From Candidatus Saccharimonadota bacterium (lineage in GTDB: Bacteria; Patescibacteriota; Saccharimonadia; Saccharimonadales; Saccharimonadaceae), in contig JACMLL010000033.1 in NCBI GenBank assembly GCA_014379635.1, forward strand, positions 1 to 62,045: 62,045 nucleotides of DNA. The letters are read 5' to 3'. Position 1 is the first letter of the stretch. The number at the start of each line of letters is the position of its first letter. This document shows positions 1 to 9,027 of this stretch, in pieces. A program made the position numbers and the translations under genes. The notes below the pieces were generated by a model that made no database searches, was not told the origin of the DNA, and worked only from the letters and a program-made list of their open reading frames with translations.

Positions 1-1
1 A

Positions 2-390
2 GTTTAATCCTTACTTTCCCCGCGGAAAGTAATCAAACGCGCTTCTTTTGGCTGCAAAAGAAGGAAAACTGCTGGGGTTGATGAAAAGCCGCGGCATAAA
101 ACCATCGATTACTGCTTGGTTGGTTGCGGAACTCGCTACGCTCAAACATTCTCACCAATCCAGGCAGTAATAGCTGGATTTATCCGGTCTTTTCAGAGAC
201 CCCAGACCCCATTGGCGACGAATAAAAAAAAGAAATACAGTAACGGTTGACCGCATTAGAGCCGCGCAGTTACTCCCAGGACGGACAATCTGCAGCCCGG
301 GTCTGACCAGACGCCGGGGCTCTTGTCAGACCCGGAGCGAAGCCCTGTTCGTCCCGGTGTGTAACCGAGCGGCGATCTTAACCGACCCGG
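2..390. repeat. Array of four hairpins, two of them long and nested (MITE/REP-like element or structured ncRNA); possibly cut by the window edge
   Basis: Inverted repeats: TTACTTTCC/GGAAAGTAA (11-32); CTTCTTTTG/CAAAAGAAG (42-63); nested stem 72-205; nested stem 244-384 including CCGGGTCTGAC/GTCAGACCCGG. No ORF. Confidence 0.75.
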
Positions 391-416
391 AACGCCTATT
401 CCCCTCTTACGGATAC

Positions 417-445
417 TTGACGCACCCCGCTATATTTGGTACAAT
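417..445 (+). promoter_or_regulatory. sigma70-type promoter of rpmA
   Basis: TTGACG-17 nt-TACAAT; AAGGAG RBS before ATG 483. Confidence 0.7.
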
Positions 446-482
446 CAGTTAGATTTTGTTATTAATTTAAAGGAGTTACTCC

Positions 483-755
483 ATGTCACACGTTAAAGCA
501 GGTGGTTCAGCCAAAAACGTCCACAATAATGCGGGTCGCCGACTTGGCGTCAAGCGTTTTGGTGGCCAAACAGTCCGTACAGGCGAAGTCCTAGTCCGTC
601 AAACAGGTTCAACCAAACTTGCCGGCCCCGGTACCTTCATCAGCCGCGACTTCACGATTCATGCCGCTATCGACGGTGTTATCGGTTTCAGCAAAGTACG
701 CAAAAGCCGCTTCACTGGCAAAACGACTCCCCGTACCCAAGTTCACGTCGTTTAA
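483..755 (+). CDS. rpmA: 50S ribosomal protein L27
   Basis: MSHVKAGGS..GRRLGVKRFGGQ.V..GEVLVRQ signature. Confidence 0.97.
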   Translation: MSHVKAGGSAKNVHNNAGRRLGVKRFGGQTVRTGEVLVRQTGSTKLAGPGTFISRDFTIHAAIDGVIGFSKVRKSRFTGKTTPRTQVHVV

Positions 756-770
756 TATAATACGTTTTCT

Positions 771-807
771 TAATAAAATAACCTCCGACAAGGAGGTTAT
801 TTTATTA
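771..807. terminator. Bidirectional intrinsic terminator between convergent genes
   Basis: TAATAAAATAACCTCC-GACAA-GGAGGTTATTTTATTA, perfect inverted repeat with A/T tracts. Confidence 0.8.
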
Positions 808-820
808 AATCGATATTTAT

Positions 821-1828
821 CTATAGAATTGAACGCGCGGCGTCTCGGTGTTGTGCGTTAATTATCTTACCATTGCTATCATGTTTAAGATTATCATCGG
901 CAAGCTGTCGGTCACCGTTAAAACTTCCGTCAAGCATGGCAAGCGCAATACATGTCGCGTATTCGCGGCTGGTCGTGTCCGCCGCAAACCTAGAGTGGTT
1001 ATCGCTTCGTTTCTGTCCGTTAGCCACTAACCTATCGCCATAACCCCGAGGGTTTCTTTTTACCGCATTGTTAAGCTTATCCAGTAAATAGACACCCACG
1101 TCATAACGTACATTTTTATCAGTTCTAATTGCATCAACAGCATCCAATGAAGCCTCTGCGAATGAATACTTTTTTAGTATTTCTTTTAGGCCAATGTCAT
1201 ACTTCATAGAATTTCTAAGCTGGTCCGAGGCGACCTCTCTGGTACCCTGAGTCACGAACTTATCATGCTCTTGCTGCGCCTTTAGAATAGGCTCATTCGC
1301 AATACTCTCTGCCCTTAACCTAGCTAGGCCCGCCGCATGCTCCTCCTCACTAGCCCACAAATAATCGTAGTCGGTGCTATTAGTTGACTCGGACAGTTCT
1401 GGACGTGCGTTTGGGGTAAAAATACGTTCTAAGCGTGGATTCTTTTCTTTTTCGACGTTAGGCTGCTCAGTTGCATTCTCGAAACCTACGAACCCAACCG
1501 ACTCAAGAACACTTCCGCCGAGGTCTCTTGCAAGTTTTGCTTCGGCCTCGGGCGAAAGCTTGTATCGTTCTGGTGTACGATTGAGGTCAGCGGCCAATTC
1601 TTCGGCTAGCTTGGTCTGACCATCAAGGCTACGTGTAGTATCAGATAATGGTTTTTCAACATACCCATGCTCGCTACCAAACTTTTCTTCCGTTTGGCTC
1701 GTAGCAATACGACGGCCACGTTCATCGACACGATCAGTCAAACGCCAAACTTCAACCCTTCTGGGTGCGCCATCAACACTACTGCGAGATACAAGTACTG
1801 GTTGGCTATCTGATAATTTTTCGCTCAT
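821..1828 (-). CDS. Hypothetical protein (charged, soluble orphan, 335 aa)
   Basis: Long ORF with ATG start, upstream promoter and downstream terminator; no recognisable motif. Confidence 0.8.
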   Translation of the reverse strand: MSEKLSDSQPVLVSRSSVDGAPRRVEVWRLTDRVDERGRRIATSQTEEKFGSEHGYVEKPLSDTTRSLDGQTKLAEELAADLNRTPERYKLSPEAEAKLARDLGGSVLESVGFVGFENATEQPNVEKEKNPRLERIFTPNARPELSESTNSTDYDYLWASEEEHAAGLARLRAESIANEPILKAQQEHDKFVTQGTREVASDQLRNSMKYDIGLKEILKKYSFAEASLDAVDAIRTDKNVRYDVGVYLLDKLNNAVKRNPRGYGDRLVANGQKRSDNHSRFAADTTSREYATCIALAMLDGSFNGDRQLADDNLKHDSNGKIINAQHRDAARSIL

Positions 1829-1858
1829 AGCTTATTTGTTTTATTAACCTTTATGCAG

Positions 1859-1887
1859 ATTATAGCATAAGACTAATAAAAAAGCAA
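1859..1887 (-). promoter_or_regulatory. Promoter of orphan gene 821..1828
   Basis: TTGCTT-17 nt-TATAAT with extended TGn. Confidence 0.7.
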
Positions 1888-1933
1888 CCCCTGGTGTCAG
1901 AGGTTGCCGTCATTCACGAAGATATCGAAAGTA

Positions 1934-2332
1934 TTACTGGATAGGTTGCTGCTCGAGCAGCCCGAGATGGAACTTCACACGCTCGACAACATCACCGATC
2001 ACAACTTGTGATTTTACTAGGTAGTCGTCAACGCCAAGCGCTTCAGCCCGCTCTTTGTCTTTTGGCTGACTGAGGGCGGTTAACATAATAATACGAATAT
2101 TAGCCGTTTCGGTGGTGTTGCGTAAAATATCGAGTACATCAAAGCCGCTAATCTTTGGCATCATAGCGTCCAGCAAAATAAGGTCGGGCTTAAAATCGAT
2201 TGCAGCCGACAAGGCTTCCTCGCCGTTGTTGACTTCACGAATCTCGAAACCTTCGAGCTCCATACGAGATTTGTAAACAGTCGACAATGCGACATCGTCT
2301 TCCACGAGGAGAATTTTTTTCTTTGTATCCAT
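1934..2332 (-). CDS. Single-domain response regulator (receiver only)
   Basis: KILLVEDD..DLILLDAMMPKISGFDVL..IIMLTA..DDYLVK; start set at MDTKK, 7 nt after TATAAT. Confidence 0.92.
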   Translation of the reverse strand: MDTKKKILLVEDDVALSTVYKSRMELEGFEIREVNNGEEALSAAIDFKPDLILLDAMMPKISGFDVLDILRNTTETANIRIIMLTALSQPKDKERAEALGVDDYLVKSQVVIGDVVERVKFHLGLLEQQPIQ

Positions 2333-2375
2333 ACTGTCCATTATAGTACTACACTTGTCGTTAAAAACACAAGCA

Positions 2376-3605
2376 TTACAGTCCCAGCTCCTTTTTAGCC
2401 GCGTTAAGTTGCGGGTCAATGCCGGCGTTGATATCTTCTTGGGTCAATGCAGCTGTGATATTAGGTTTAATACCCTCTTTTGTGATGTTCTTGCCACTTG
2501 GCGTATACCAGCGAGCGATGGTTACCTTGAGCTGCGCTCCCTCGGGGAGTGTAATCAATTTCTGAACGCTGCCCTTACCAAACGTCTTCTCTCCAACCAG
2601 CTTGGCGACGCCGTGATCTTGCAAGGCTCCGGCCACAATTTCACTAGCGCTGGCACTGCCGGCATTAACCAACACAGCCATAGGAATACCCGCCAGAATA
2701 GCATCGCTGTCAGATTTGAGCTCCTCGATGACCTTGCCATCCGTCCGTTCGGTAACGACGACCTTGTTATCAAGCCAAATTCCCGCGACGTCCTGTGCGG
2801 CAGCTAAGTAACCGCCGCCATTTCCTCGAAGATCTAAAATGACAGCTTTGACATTTTGACTTTTAAAATTCCGAGCGGCTGCACGGGCTAAAGTAGCAGT
2901 TTCATTATCAAATCGGCTGATTGTCAGCGTACCCACTCCGTCTGTCACGCTACTATCGACGCTAGGGTTAGAAATAGTTGCGCGAGTAATGGTAAATTCT
3001 TTGACTTCGGTACCGCGAAGAACCGAAAGCTTGACCGTTGTACCCACTTCACCACGAATTTGAGAAACGGCCTTTTCGACAGTCCAACCAGTCGTTGCTT
3101 GATCATTAATGCTAAGAACCGTATCACCCGCGTTCAGACCAGCTTTTTCCGCTGGGTTAGATTTAAGTGTCCGTATAATAGTTATTTTTTCTTGTCGAAG
3201 ACCAATCTCGGCACCAATACCACCGCCGATATTACCAGACAGGTCATTTTCGAAGGCACTTGTCTCTTTTGAATCCATGTAAAGCGTATAGGCATCGCCT
3301 GCCGCGCCAACTAGGCCCTTATTTGCTCCTTCGACAAGTGCCTTGTCGTCGAGCTTACCGTCATAATTGGCCTTGAGGGCTTTGTAGGTTGCTTGAATAG
3401 AGCTTAGGTCAATATCACCAGCATAGGTTTTAAGCCCAAAGGTAGGCCCTACAACGCTCAGTATTTGTTCACTACGGGTACCTACGAGGAATCCGACCAC
3501 AGCCGTTGCGGCAATAATCAAGAATAATAGATTAGCTGATAAAGGCTTCTTGGCCTTCTGTTTGTGCGGATGCGCACTATCTGAATGCTGCTGGTGGTCT
3601 GTCAT
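2376..3605 (-). CDS. ctpA: S41 C-terminal processing peptidase with PDZ domain
   Basis: N-terminal TM, GIGAEI PDZ, DLRGNGGG, SASASE, GKGSVQ motifs. Confidence 0.93.
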   Translation of the reverse strand: MTDHQQHSDSAHPHKQKAKKPLSANLLFLIIAATAVVGFLVGTRSEQILSVVGPTFGLKTYAGDIDLSSIQATYKALKANYDGKLDDKALVEGANKGLVGAAGDAYTLYMDSKETSAFENDLSGNIGGGIGAEIGLRQEKITIIRTLKSNPAEKAGLNAGDTVLSINDQATTGWTVEKAVSQIRGEVGTTVKLSVLRGTEVKEFTITRATISNPSVDSSVTDGVGTLTISRFDNETATLARAAARNFKSQNVKAVILDLRGNGGGYLAAAQDVAGIWLDNKVVVTERTDGKVIEELKSDSDAILAGIPMAVLVNAGSASASEIVAGALQDHGVAKLVGEKTFGKGSVQKLITLPEGAQLKVTIARWYTPSGKNITKEGIKPNITAALTQEDINAGIDPQLNAAKKELGL

Positions 3606-3691
3606 AGTTCTCCCCTGTTGTGCCTTTGTTTACTTACTCATAATTATAGCGCACTCTGGGATGAGTGCGCTATAGAAGTTATGGTTTTATA

Positions 3692-4876
3692 TTACTTTAC
3701 GATTTGAACGTAGTGGTCAAAAGCGCTCGTAGGTAGATTCATCATACTGTACATACCGTAACCTTGACCGTAATCATAGTTATATTGACTGACAGTAACT
3801 GTGCCACCGTCAGCGCTAACACCCTCAACCCACGCAACATGTCCATATTGCTGACCGGCTTTATAAGGATCCATGACGGCTATCGAGCCTGCCCGTGGGG
3901 CTCCATCGGCTGAATTGAAACGCGCCATTGCATTGCCGGTAAAGTCCTTTGCGTCACCCCACTTTGGATAAAAACTCGTCTCTTTTGCTATCTTCCACGC
4001 GACGTAGCTCGCACATTGACGACAGCCGTATCCATATCCATCGTTACCATTTCCATCGGAACCGCCCGTAGACAAGTAGCCCCACATAGGACAAGTAGAT
4101 CCATTCCATGGATAACTACCGAGCAAGCCACCATCAATAACAGTACCGCCGCTGAACCTAGCCGCCAGTGCCGCTTGATTGGCCCGTGATTCTGCAATTT
4201 GAGCTTGTTTATCACCAATGAGGCCTTGGTATATCGCCTCGTCATTGCGCGTTGCATTGAGAAGGCCTTGCTGTTCGGATTCTTTGGCAGCAAGTACATT
4301 CCTTTGATCTTTTTGGTCGGCGAGTAGCTTCTCTACATCGACTTTTTGTTGATCGAGTGTAAGCTTTAGCGCTTTGATCTCTGCAATCGTCGAAGTCAAT
4401 TGATCGCGGACGGAATTTCGATACTCTTGCTTGTCAAGGTATTCACTAATAGTCTTACTACTTGCAATCATCTCAATTGGAGATATCTTATCATCAACGT
4501 ATAGGTCTGCGATAATGTCACCTAAAAAGCTTTTGTTGTCGGCAATTTTTTTCTCCGTGGCGGCAATATCTACAATCAATTTGTCATATTGAGCCTGGTT
4601 GATATCAATTTGAGCCTGAATAGCAGCCTTTTGATTGGTAAGTTTTGCCACTTCCGAACTTAACGTCACAGCCTCGTCATTAAGGCGATTGGCTTCAGCT
4701 TGATATTGATTAATCTCCCTTTGGAGAGTTCGAATTTCACCATCGAAATCTCGTGCATAAGTAGAATTATTGATTTGAATCGCTACAGCGATGGCCACAA
4801 CCAACACGCCAAGCACTACTAGCAATGACTTTGCTATAAAAGGGATTGAAGCTGGTGTGGTGGTACGCAGTTTCAT
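3692..4876 (-). CDS. Coiled-coil plus CHAP peptidoglycan hydrolase (PcsB/CwlO-like FtsEX partner)
   Basis: Signal/TM segment, long coiled coil, QCASYVAW and GHVAWVE catalytic motifs; directly downstream of ftsEX. Confidence 0.9.
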   Translation of the reverse strand: MKLRTTTPASIPFIAKSLLVVLGVLVVAIAVAIQINNSTYARDFDGEIRTLQREINQYQAEANRLNDEAVTLSSEVAKLTNQKAAIQAQIDINQAQYDKLIVDIAATEKKIADNKSFLGDIIADLYVDDKISPIEMIASSKTISEYLDKQEYRNSVRDQLTSTIAEIKALKLTLDQQKVDVEKLLADQKDQRNVLAAKESEQQGLLNATRNDEAIYQGLIGDKQAQIAESRANQAALAARFSGGTVIDGGLLGSYPWNGSTCPMWGYLSTGGSDGNGNDGYGYGCRQCASYVAWKIAKETSFYPKWGDAKDFTGNAMARFNSADGAPRAGSIAVMDPYKAGQQYGHVAWVEGVSADGGTVTVSQYNYDYGQGYGMYSMMNLPTSAFDHYVQIVK

Positions 4877-4931
4877 GTCAAGGCCAAGCGTAACATAAGC
4901 AGTATAGGTTTGTCAATCATAAAACCCCCTA

Positions 4932-5909
4932 CTACAGCTTCAAATAACGTCGGGTTGCAAGAAGGGACGAAACAATTCCAATAAACGCACCCAGCCCTAT
5001 CATCCCTAACAGGACAAAGACTCCATAAGATGTTACGTAATTAATGGTTGCTTGGACGGAAAAAAAGTTGCTCAAGGATTTGGATGAGGCATACAATCCC
5101 GCCAATCCAAGTCCTGTCGCGATAACGGCCGCTATAAATCCATAGACAAGCGCCTCGACTAGGAATGGGCCACGAATGAATGACCTATCGGCCCCAATTA
5201 ATTTCATCATTTGTATTTCTTCCTTGCGATTAAAGATGGCCATCCGAATGGTGTTAAAGATAATCAACGACGAAATAGCAACGAATACGAGACTCGCAAT
5301 AAGGCCGATTTTTTCGGCAAAGCTAATTCCCTGACCAATCGACTCGATACTAGCCTTTCTTTCGCCAGCAAATGATGGCGCCCGAGCAGAATCAATACTT
5401 TTCTTTAAAAGCTGATTTGTATTAACAAAGTCGCTAAGCTGAGAGGTATCGTTAATGTCTTGGATAGTGACGTGAAGAATACCCGGGTTTCTGTTAGTCG
5501 CCTCTTTTGATGCCTCGAGAAAGGCGATGTTCTTTTTATTTTCCTGGATTTGCTGGGCTTTGGCATCTTCAGCACTCACGTAATCTACCGATCGGACAGA
5601 TGATAGTTTTTGTAACTGCTGCTTAATAGCATCCGCTTGAGGATCGGTTGTTTCGGTTTTTAGATAGATTGACATCGGTACCTTATCGCGAAGTTGCGCG
5701 ACCGTCTCGGCCAATATAGAGCGTGCGACAACCGCCGTAAATATAATCAGTAGTGTAATTGTCATAACAGCCGTTGCCGCAATGGTCAGCCAAGCGTTAC
5801 GCGAGAAGTTATTAATTCCATAACGGCACATGCGAACAAACGTCAGCCACTTGCGACGGTTTTGCTTTTGCCTAGCAAACGCCTTTGAATCTAATTTACG
5901 CTTGCTCAT
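4932..5909 (-). CDS. ftsX: Cell division permease FtsX
   Basis: NTIRMAIFNRKEEIQMMKLIGA..FIRGPFLVE; 4 TM segments; overlaps ftsE. Confidence 0.95.
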   Translation of the reverse strand: MSKRKLDSKAFARQKQNRRKWLTFVRMCRYGINNFSRNAWLTIAATAVMTITLLIIFTAVVARSILAETVAQLRDKVPMSIYLKTETTDPQADAIKQQLQKLSSVRSVDYVSAEDAKAQQIQENKKNIAFLEASKEATNRNPGILHVTIQDINDTSQLSDFVNTNQLLKKSIDSARAPSFAGERKASIESIGQGISFAEKIGLIASLVFVAISSLIIFNTIRMAIFNRKEEIQMMKLIGADRSFIRGPFLVEALVYGFIAAVIATGLGLAGLYASSKSLSNFFSVQATINYVTSYGVFVLLGMIGLGAFIGIVSSLLATRRYLKL

Positions 5910-6589
5910 TGCCTGTAACTCCCCTGCGCTTGGTCACCAGTAATTTTACCGTGTTCGATCGTAATCACCCGTCGCTTCAATTTATTAACAATATCAACGT
6001 TGTGAGTGGTCAGCAGAACCGTCGTGCCGTATTTGTTAATCTTTTCAAGCAAGCGAACAATATCCCAGCTGTGCTTTGGATCGAGGTTTCCGGTTGGCTC
6101 ATCAGCAATCAGAATCTTTGGCTGACGAACGACGGCACGAGCAATGGCGACGCGTTGACGCTCACCGCCAGACAATTGATGCGGGAATTGCTTTTCTTTA
6201 CCTGTCAGTCCAACCAGTTCAATCACTTTTGGAACGGTGTTTTTAATTTCACGACCACTCATACCAGCAATCTCAAGGGCAAAAGCAATATTTTCAAACA
6301 CGTTTCGCTGGGGTAATAATTTAAAATCTTGGAACACCACGCCAATCTTGCGTCGGAGCATCGGAACGTGGCTATCTTTGAGTGTATCGTAGTCGATACC
6401 TCCGACAACTATCTTGCCACTGGTCGGTTTTTCTTCACGCGTCAACAGCTTCAGAAGCGTCGACTTTCCGGCACCGCTGGTACCAACTAAAATAACAAAT
6501 TCGCGCGGCTCAATAAACAAGCTCATGCGATTAATGGCCGGCGCAGTATCCTTGCCGTACGATTTTGTTACCCTGTCAAGTAGTATCAT
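5906..6589 (-). CDS. ftsE: Cell division ATP-binding protein FtsE
   Basis: GTSGAGKST, VVFQDFKLL, LSGGERQR, ADEPTGNLDP. Confidence 0.95.
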   Translation of the reverse strand: MILLDRVTKSYGKDTAPAINRMSLFIEPREFVILVGTSGAGKSTLLKLLTREEKPTSGKIVVGGIDYDTLKDSHVPMLRRKIGVVFQDFKLLPQRNVFENIAFALEIAGMSGREIKNTVPKVIELVGLTGKEKQFPHQLSGGERQRVAIARAVVRQPKILIADEPTGNLDPKHSWDIVRLLEKINKYGTTVLLTTHNVDIVNKLKRRVITIEHGKITGDQAQGSYRQ

Positions 6590-6633
6590 TGCTAACCACC
6601 ATTATAGCATAAGAACAAATGGGCGGGGCAAAT

Positions 6634-7716
6634 CTAGGCTGCCTCTGGACGCTCTAAGTAGGCTTCAATAAAGCCATCAAGTTTGCCGTCCAGTACCCCG
6701 CTGGCGTCACGATCTTCGTGTTTTGTACGTGTGTCTTTGACCATCGTATAGGGATGGAGGACGTAATTGCGAATTTGACTGCCCCAATTGGCTGACTCGC
6801 CCGCCTGAAGGTCTGTAATGCTGGCGGCGTGCTGTTCAAGTTGAAGTTGCGCCAGCTTACTCCGTACAATTTTGAGGGCTGTCTCGCGGTTTTGCAACTG
6901 ACTACGCTCATTTTGAATCGATACAACGATTCCCGTCGGAAGATGCGTTACCCTCACGGCACTATCGGTCGTATTGACCGATTGACCACCGTGCCCACCA
7001 GCTCGGTACACGTCTATCTTCAGGTCTTTATCGTCAAGTTGAACCTCTTCGGGTACATCAATCTGGGGAAGCACCTCTACAAGTGCAAAGCTCGTCTGGC
7101 GAAGATTATCACTATTATAGGGACTCAGCCGCACCAATCGATGAACGCCGTGCTCACTTTTAAGTTTTCCGTAGACGTACGGGCCCGTTACCTCGATGAC
7201 GCTCGATTTTATACCAGCCGTTTCACCGACCGAACGTTCAATGATTACTGTTTTCATTCCTGACTTTTCTGACCAGCGCAAGTACATCCGTTCCAACATC
7301 TCTGTCCAATCTTGTGCGTCCGTGCCGCCGACTCCTGCGCTGAGGCGTAAGATTGCATTACGTTCATCATATTCGCCGGTATACAGCAGTTCTCTCCTTT
7401 GGAGTGCGAATTCACGCTCGAGGGCGGTCACCTGCTCGTTAAACTCACCCAGCAAACTATCGTCACCCATATCGATTAACTCAGCAATATCTGCCACCTG
7501 AGCCCGAAGGACCAACCAAGGCTCAACCGCACTGTTAGCCGCGGCAAGTTGCTTGCTTTTGTCTTGTGCCTCCTGCGGGTTGTGCCATATCTCGGACGTC
7601 GCCAATTCGCCTTCGAGAACTGCTATTTTTTCTTGTTTGGCTACAATCGAAAGACGCACAAAAGCCGCATCGACTTGTGACAATAAATTTGTAATTCGTT
7701 TAAGTAGTGGCTGCAT
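6634..7716 (-). CDS. prfB: Peptide chain release factor 2 (single uninterrupted ORF)
   Basis: GGTDAQDW, HRLVRLSPY, GGQ, WGSQIRNYVLHPY. Confidence 0.96.
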   Translation of the reverse strand: MQPLLKRITNLLSQVDAAFVRLSIVAKQEKIAVLEGELATSEIWHNPQEAQDKSKQLAAANSAVEPWLVLRAQVADIAELIDMGDDSLLGEFNEQVTALEREFALQRRELLYTGEYDERNAILRLSAGVGGTDAQDWTEMLERMYLRWSEKSGMKTVIIERSVGETAGIKSSVIEVTGPYVYGKLKSEHGVHRLVRLSPYNSDNLRQTSFALVEVLPQIDVPEEVQLDDKDLKIDVYRAGGHGGQSVNTTDSAVRVTHLPTGIVVSIQNERSQLQNRETALKIVRSKLAQLQLEQHAASITDLQAGESANWGSQIRNYVLHPYTMVKDTRTKHEDRDASGVLDGKLDGFIEAYLERPEAA

Positions 7717-7737
7717 GGTTATCTATTGTAACTGATT

Positions 7738-9018
7738 TCACAACGCTTCAACAGCGTCTACAAATTGCTCGCCGCGATCAATATAATTCTTGAACAAGCC
7801 AAAACTGGCGCTCGCCGGGCTCAACAGCACAACCGAACCCGAATGAGCAACCGAATGAGCCCGTTGGACGATTGTCTGGGCAGTAGGATTAACCATAATT
7901 TCAAAGTCTGTAAATCCAGTTTTCCGACAGCTAGCGGCTATTTTTTCAGCCTCTGCACCAATCAATATAGCCCTCACTTTATGGTGAGTTAGCTCTGTGG
8001 CCAATTCACTAAAATCAGACCCCTTTGATGATCCGCCCAGGATAATAACTTTTGGTTCATCAAAGGCTCTAAGGGCTGCAATCGCCGAGCTGGGGGTTGT
8101 CGCAATACTATCGTCGTAGTAGCGTACCCCTTCTATTTCACGCACAAATTTCAACCGATGAGGCAGTCCCGTAAAGCTACGAAAACCTTTTTCGATTACC
8201 TCTCTGTCATTGGTCAAACTCCAGACCGCCTCAATAGCCGCACAGGCGTTATCTTGATTATGCCGACCAATAATTTGCAGTGCATCAACTGAACAAATTA
8301 ACTGTTCAGCCTGGTAGAATGACCCGTCTCGGATATGGGCTGCACTGACGTCAGGGTATGGAATAGTCTGCGCTGACGAGTGCTGAGCAATCGTCTTGGC
8401 GTACTGGTTTGTTTGGTTATACACAAGAATATCTTGACTTGTTTGATAGTGCGTAATGCGAGCCTTGGCGTTTACATAATCTTGCATACCATCATGCACA
8501 TCAAGGTGCTCCTGCTCTATAAATAAGACTACGGCGATATGAGGCGACGCTTGGATATCCCACAATTGAAAACTTGATAGTTCATAGACAACAATATCTT
8601 CACTTTTAATATCCGCCAGTACATCAAGGGCGGCTACACCAATATTACCCACAAGCCAAACTTTTTTTCCAGCTTCCCTAAGAATACTAGCGATAAGGCT
8701 AGCCGTTGTCCCCTTGCCTTTACTTCCGGTCACTCCAATAATTGGCGCGGGACACTTGGCGAAGAATTCGTTGGTTGCCGACCATATTTTACCGTCAGTT
8801 TTAATTTTCGACGGGTCTAGCCCAGCCGTACGCACCACCAGATCAAATCCGACCAAATTATCGAGAGCATCCTGGCCTATAATCGTCAGGACGCCAGTCG
8901 GAATATCAAGACTCGGCTGACGTTGGTCAACGATTGTTATCTCGTTTGTGAGGTCCGCTGCGTAGTAGCGATAATTTGATACACCTTCGACTCCATAGCC
9001 TGCAATTGCAATCTTCAT
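7738..9018 (-). CDS. murD: UDP-N-acetylmuramoyl-L-alanine--D-glutamate ligase
   Basis: GVTGSKGKGTT, VGNIG, ELSSFQL, GLPHRL, LLSPASASF. Confidence 0.94.
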   Translation of the reverse strand: MKIAIAGYGVEGVSNYRYYAADLTNEITIVDQRQPSLDIPTGVLTIIGQDALDNLVGFDLVVRTAGLDPSKIKTDGKIWSATNEFFAKCPAPIIGVTGSKGKGTTASLIASILREAGKKVWLVGNIGVAALDVLADIKSEDIVVYELSSFQLWDIQASPHIAVVLFIEQEHLDVHDGMQDYVNAKARITHYQTSQDILVYNQTNQYAKTIAQHSSAQTIPYPDVSAAHIRDGSFYQAEQLICSVDALQIIGRHNQDNACAAIEAVWSLTNDREVIEKGFRSFTGLPHRLKFVREIEGVRYYDDSIATTPSSAIAALRAFDEPKVIILGGSSKGSDFSELATELTHHKVRAILIGAEAEKIAASCRKTGFTDFEIMVNPTAQTIVQRAHSVAHSGSVVLLSPASASFGLFKNYIDRGEQFVDAVEAL

Positions 9019-9027
9019 AGAACTATT

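Noticed and set aside
2..390. CRISPR array, tRNA or group II intron interpretation of the hairpin region
   Set aside because: No direct repeat-spacer periodicity, no cloverleaf or TTC loop, and no domain V-like motif recognised.
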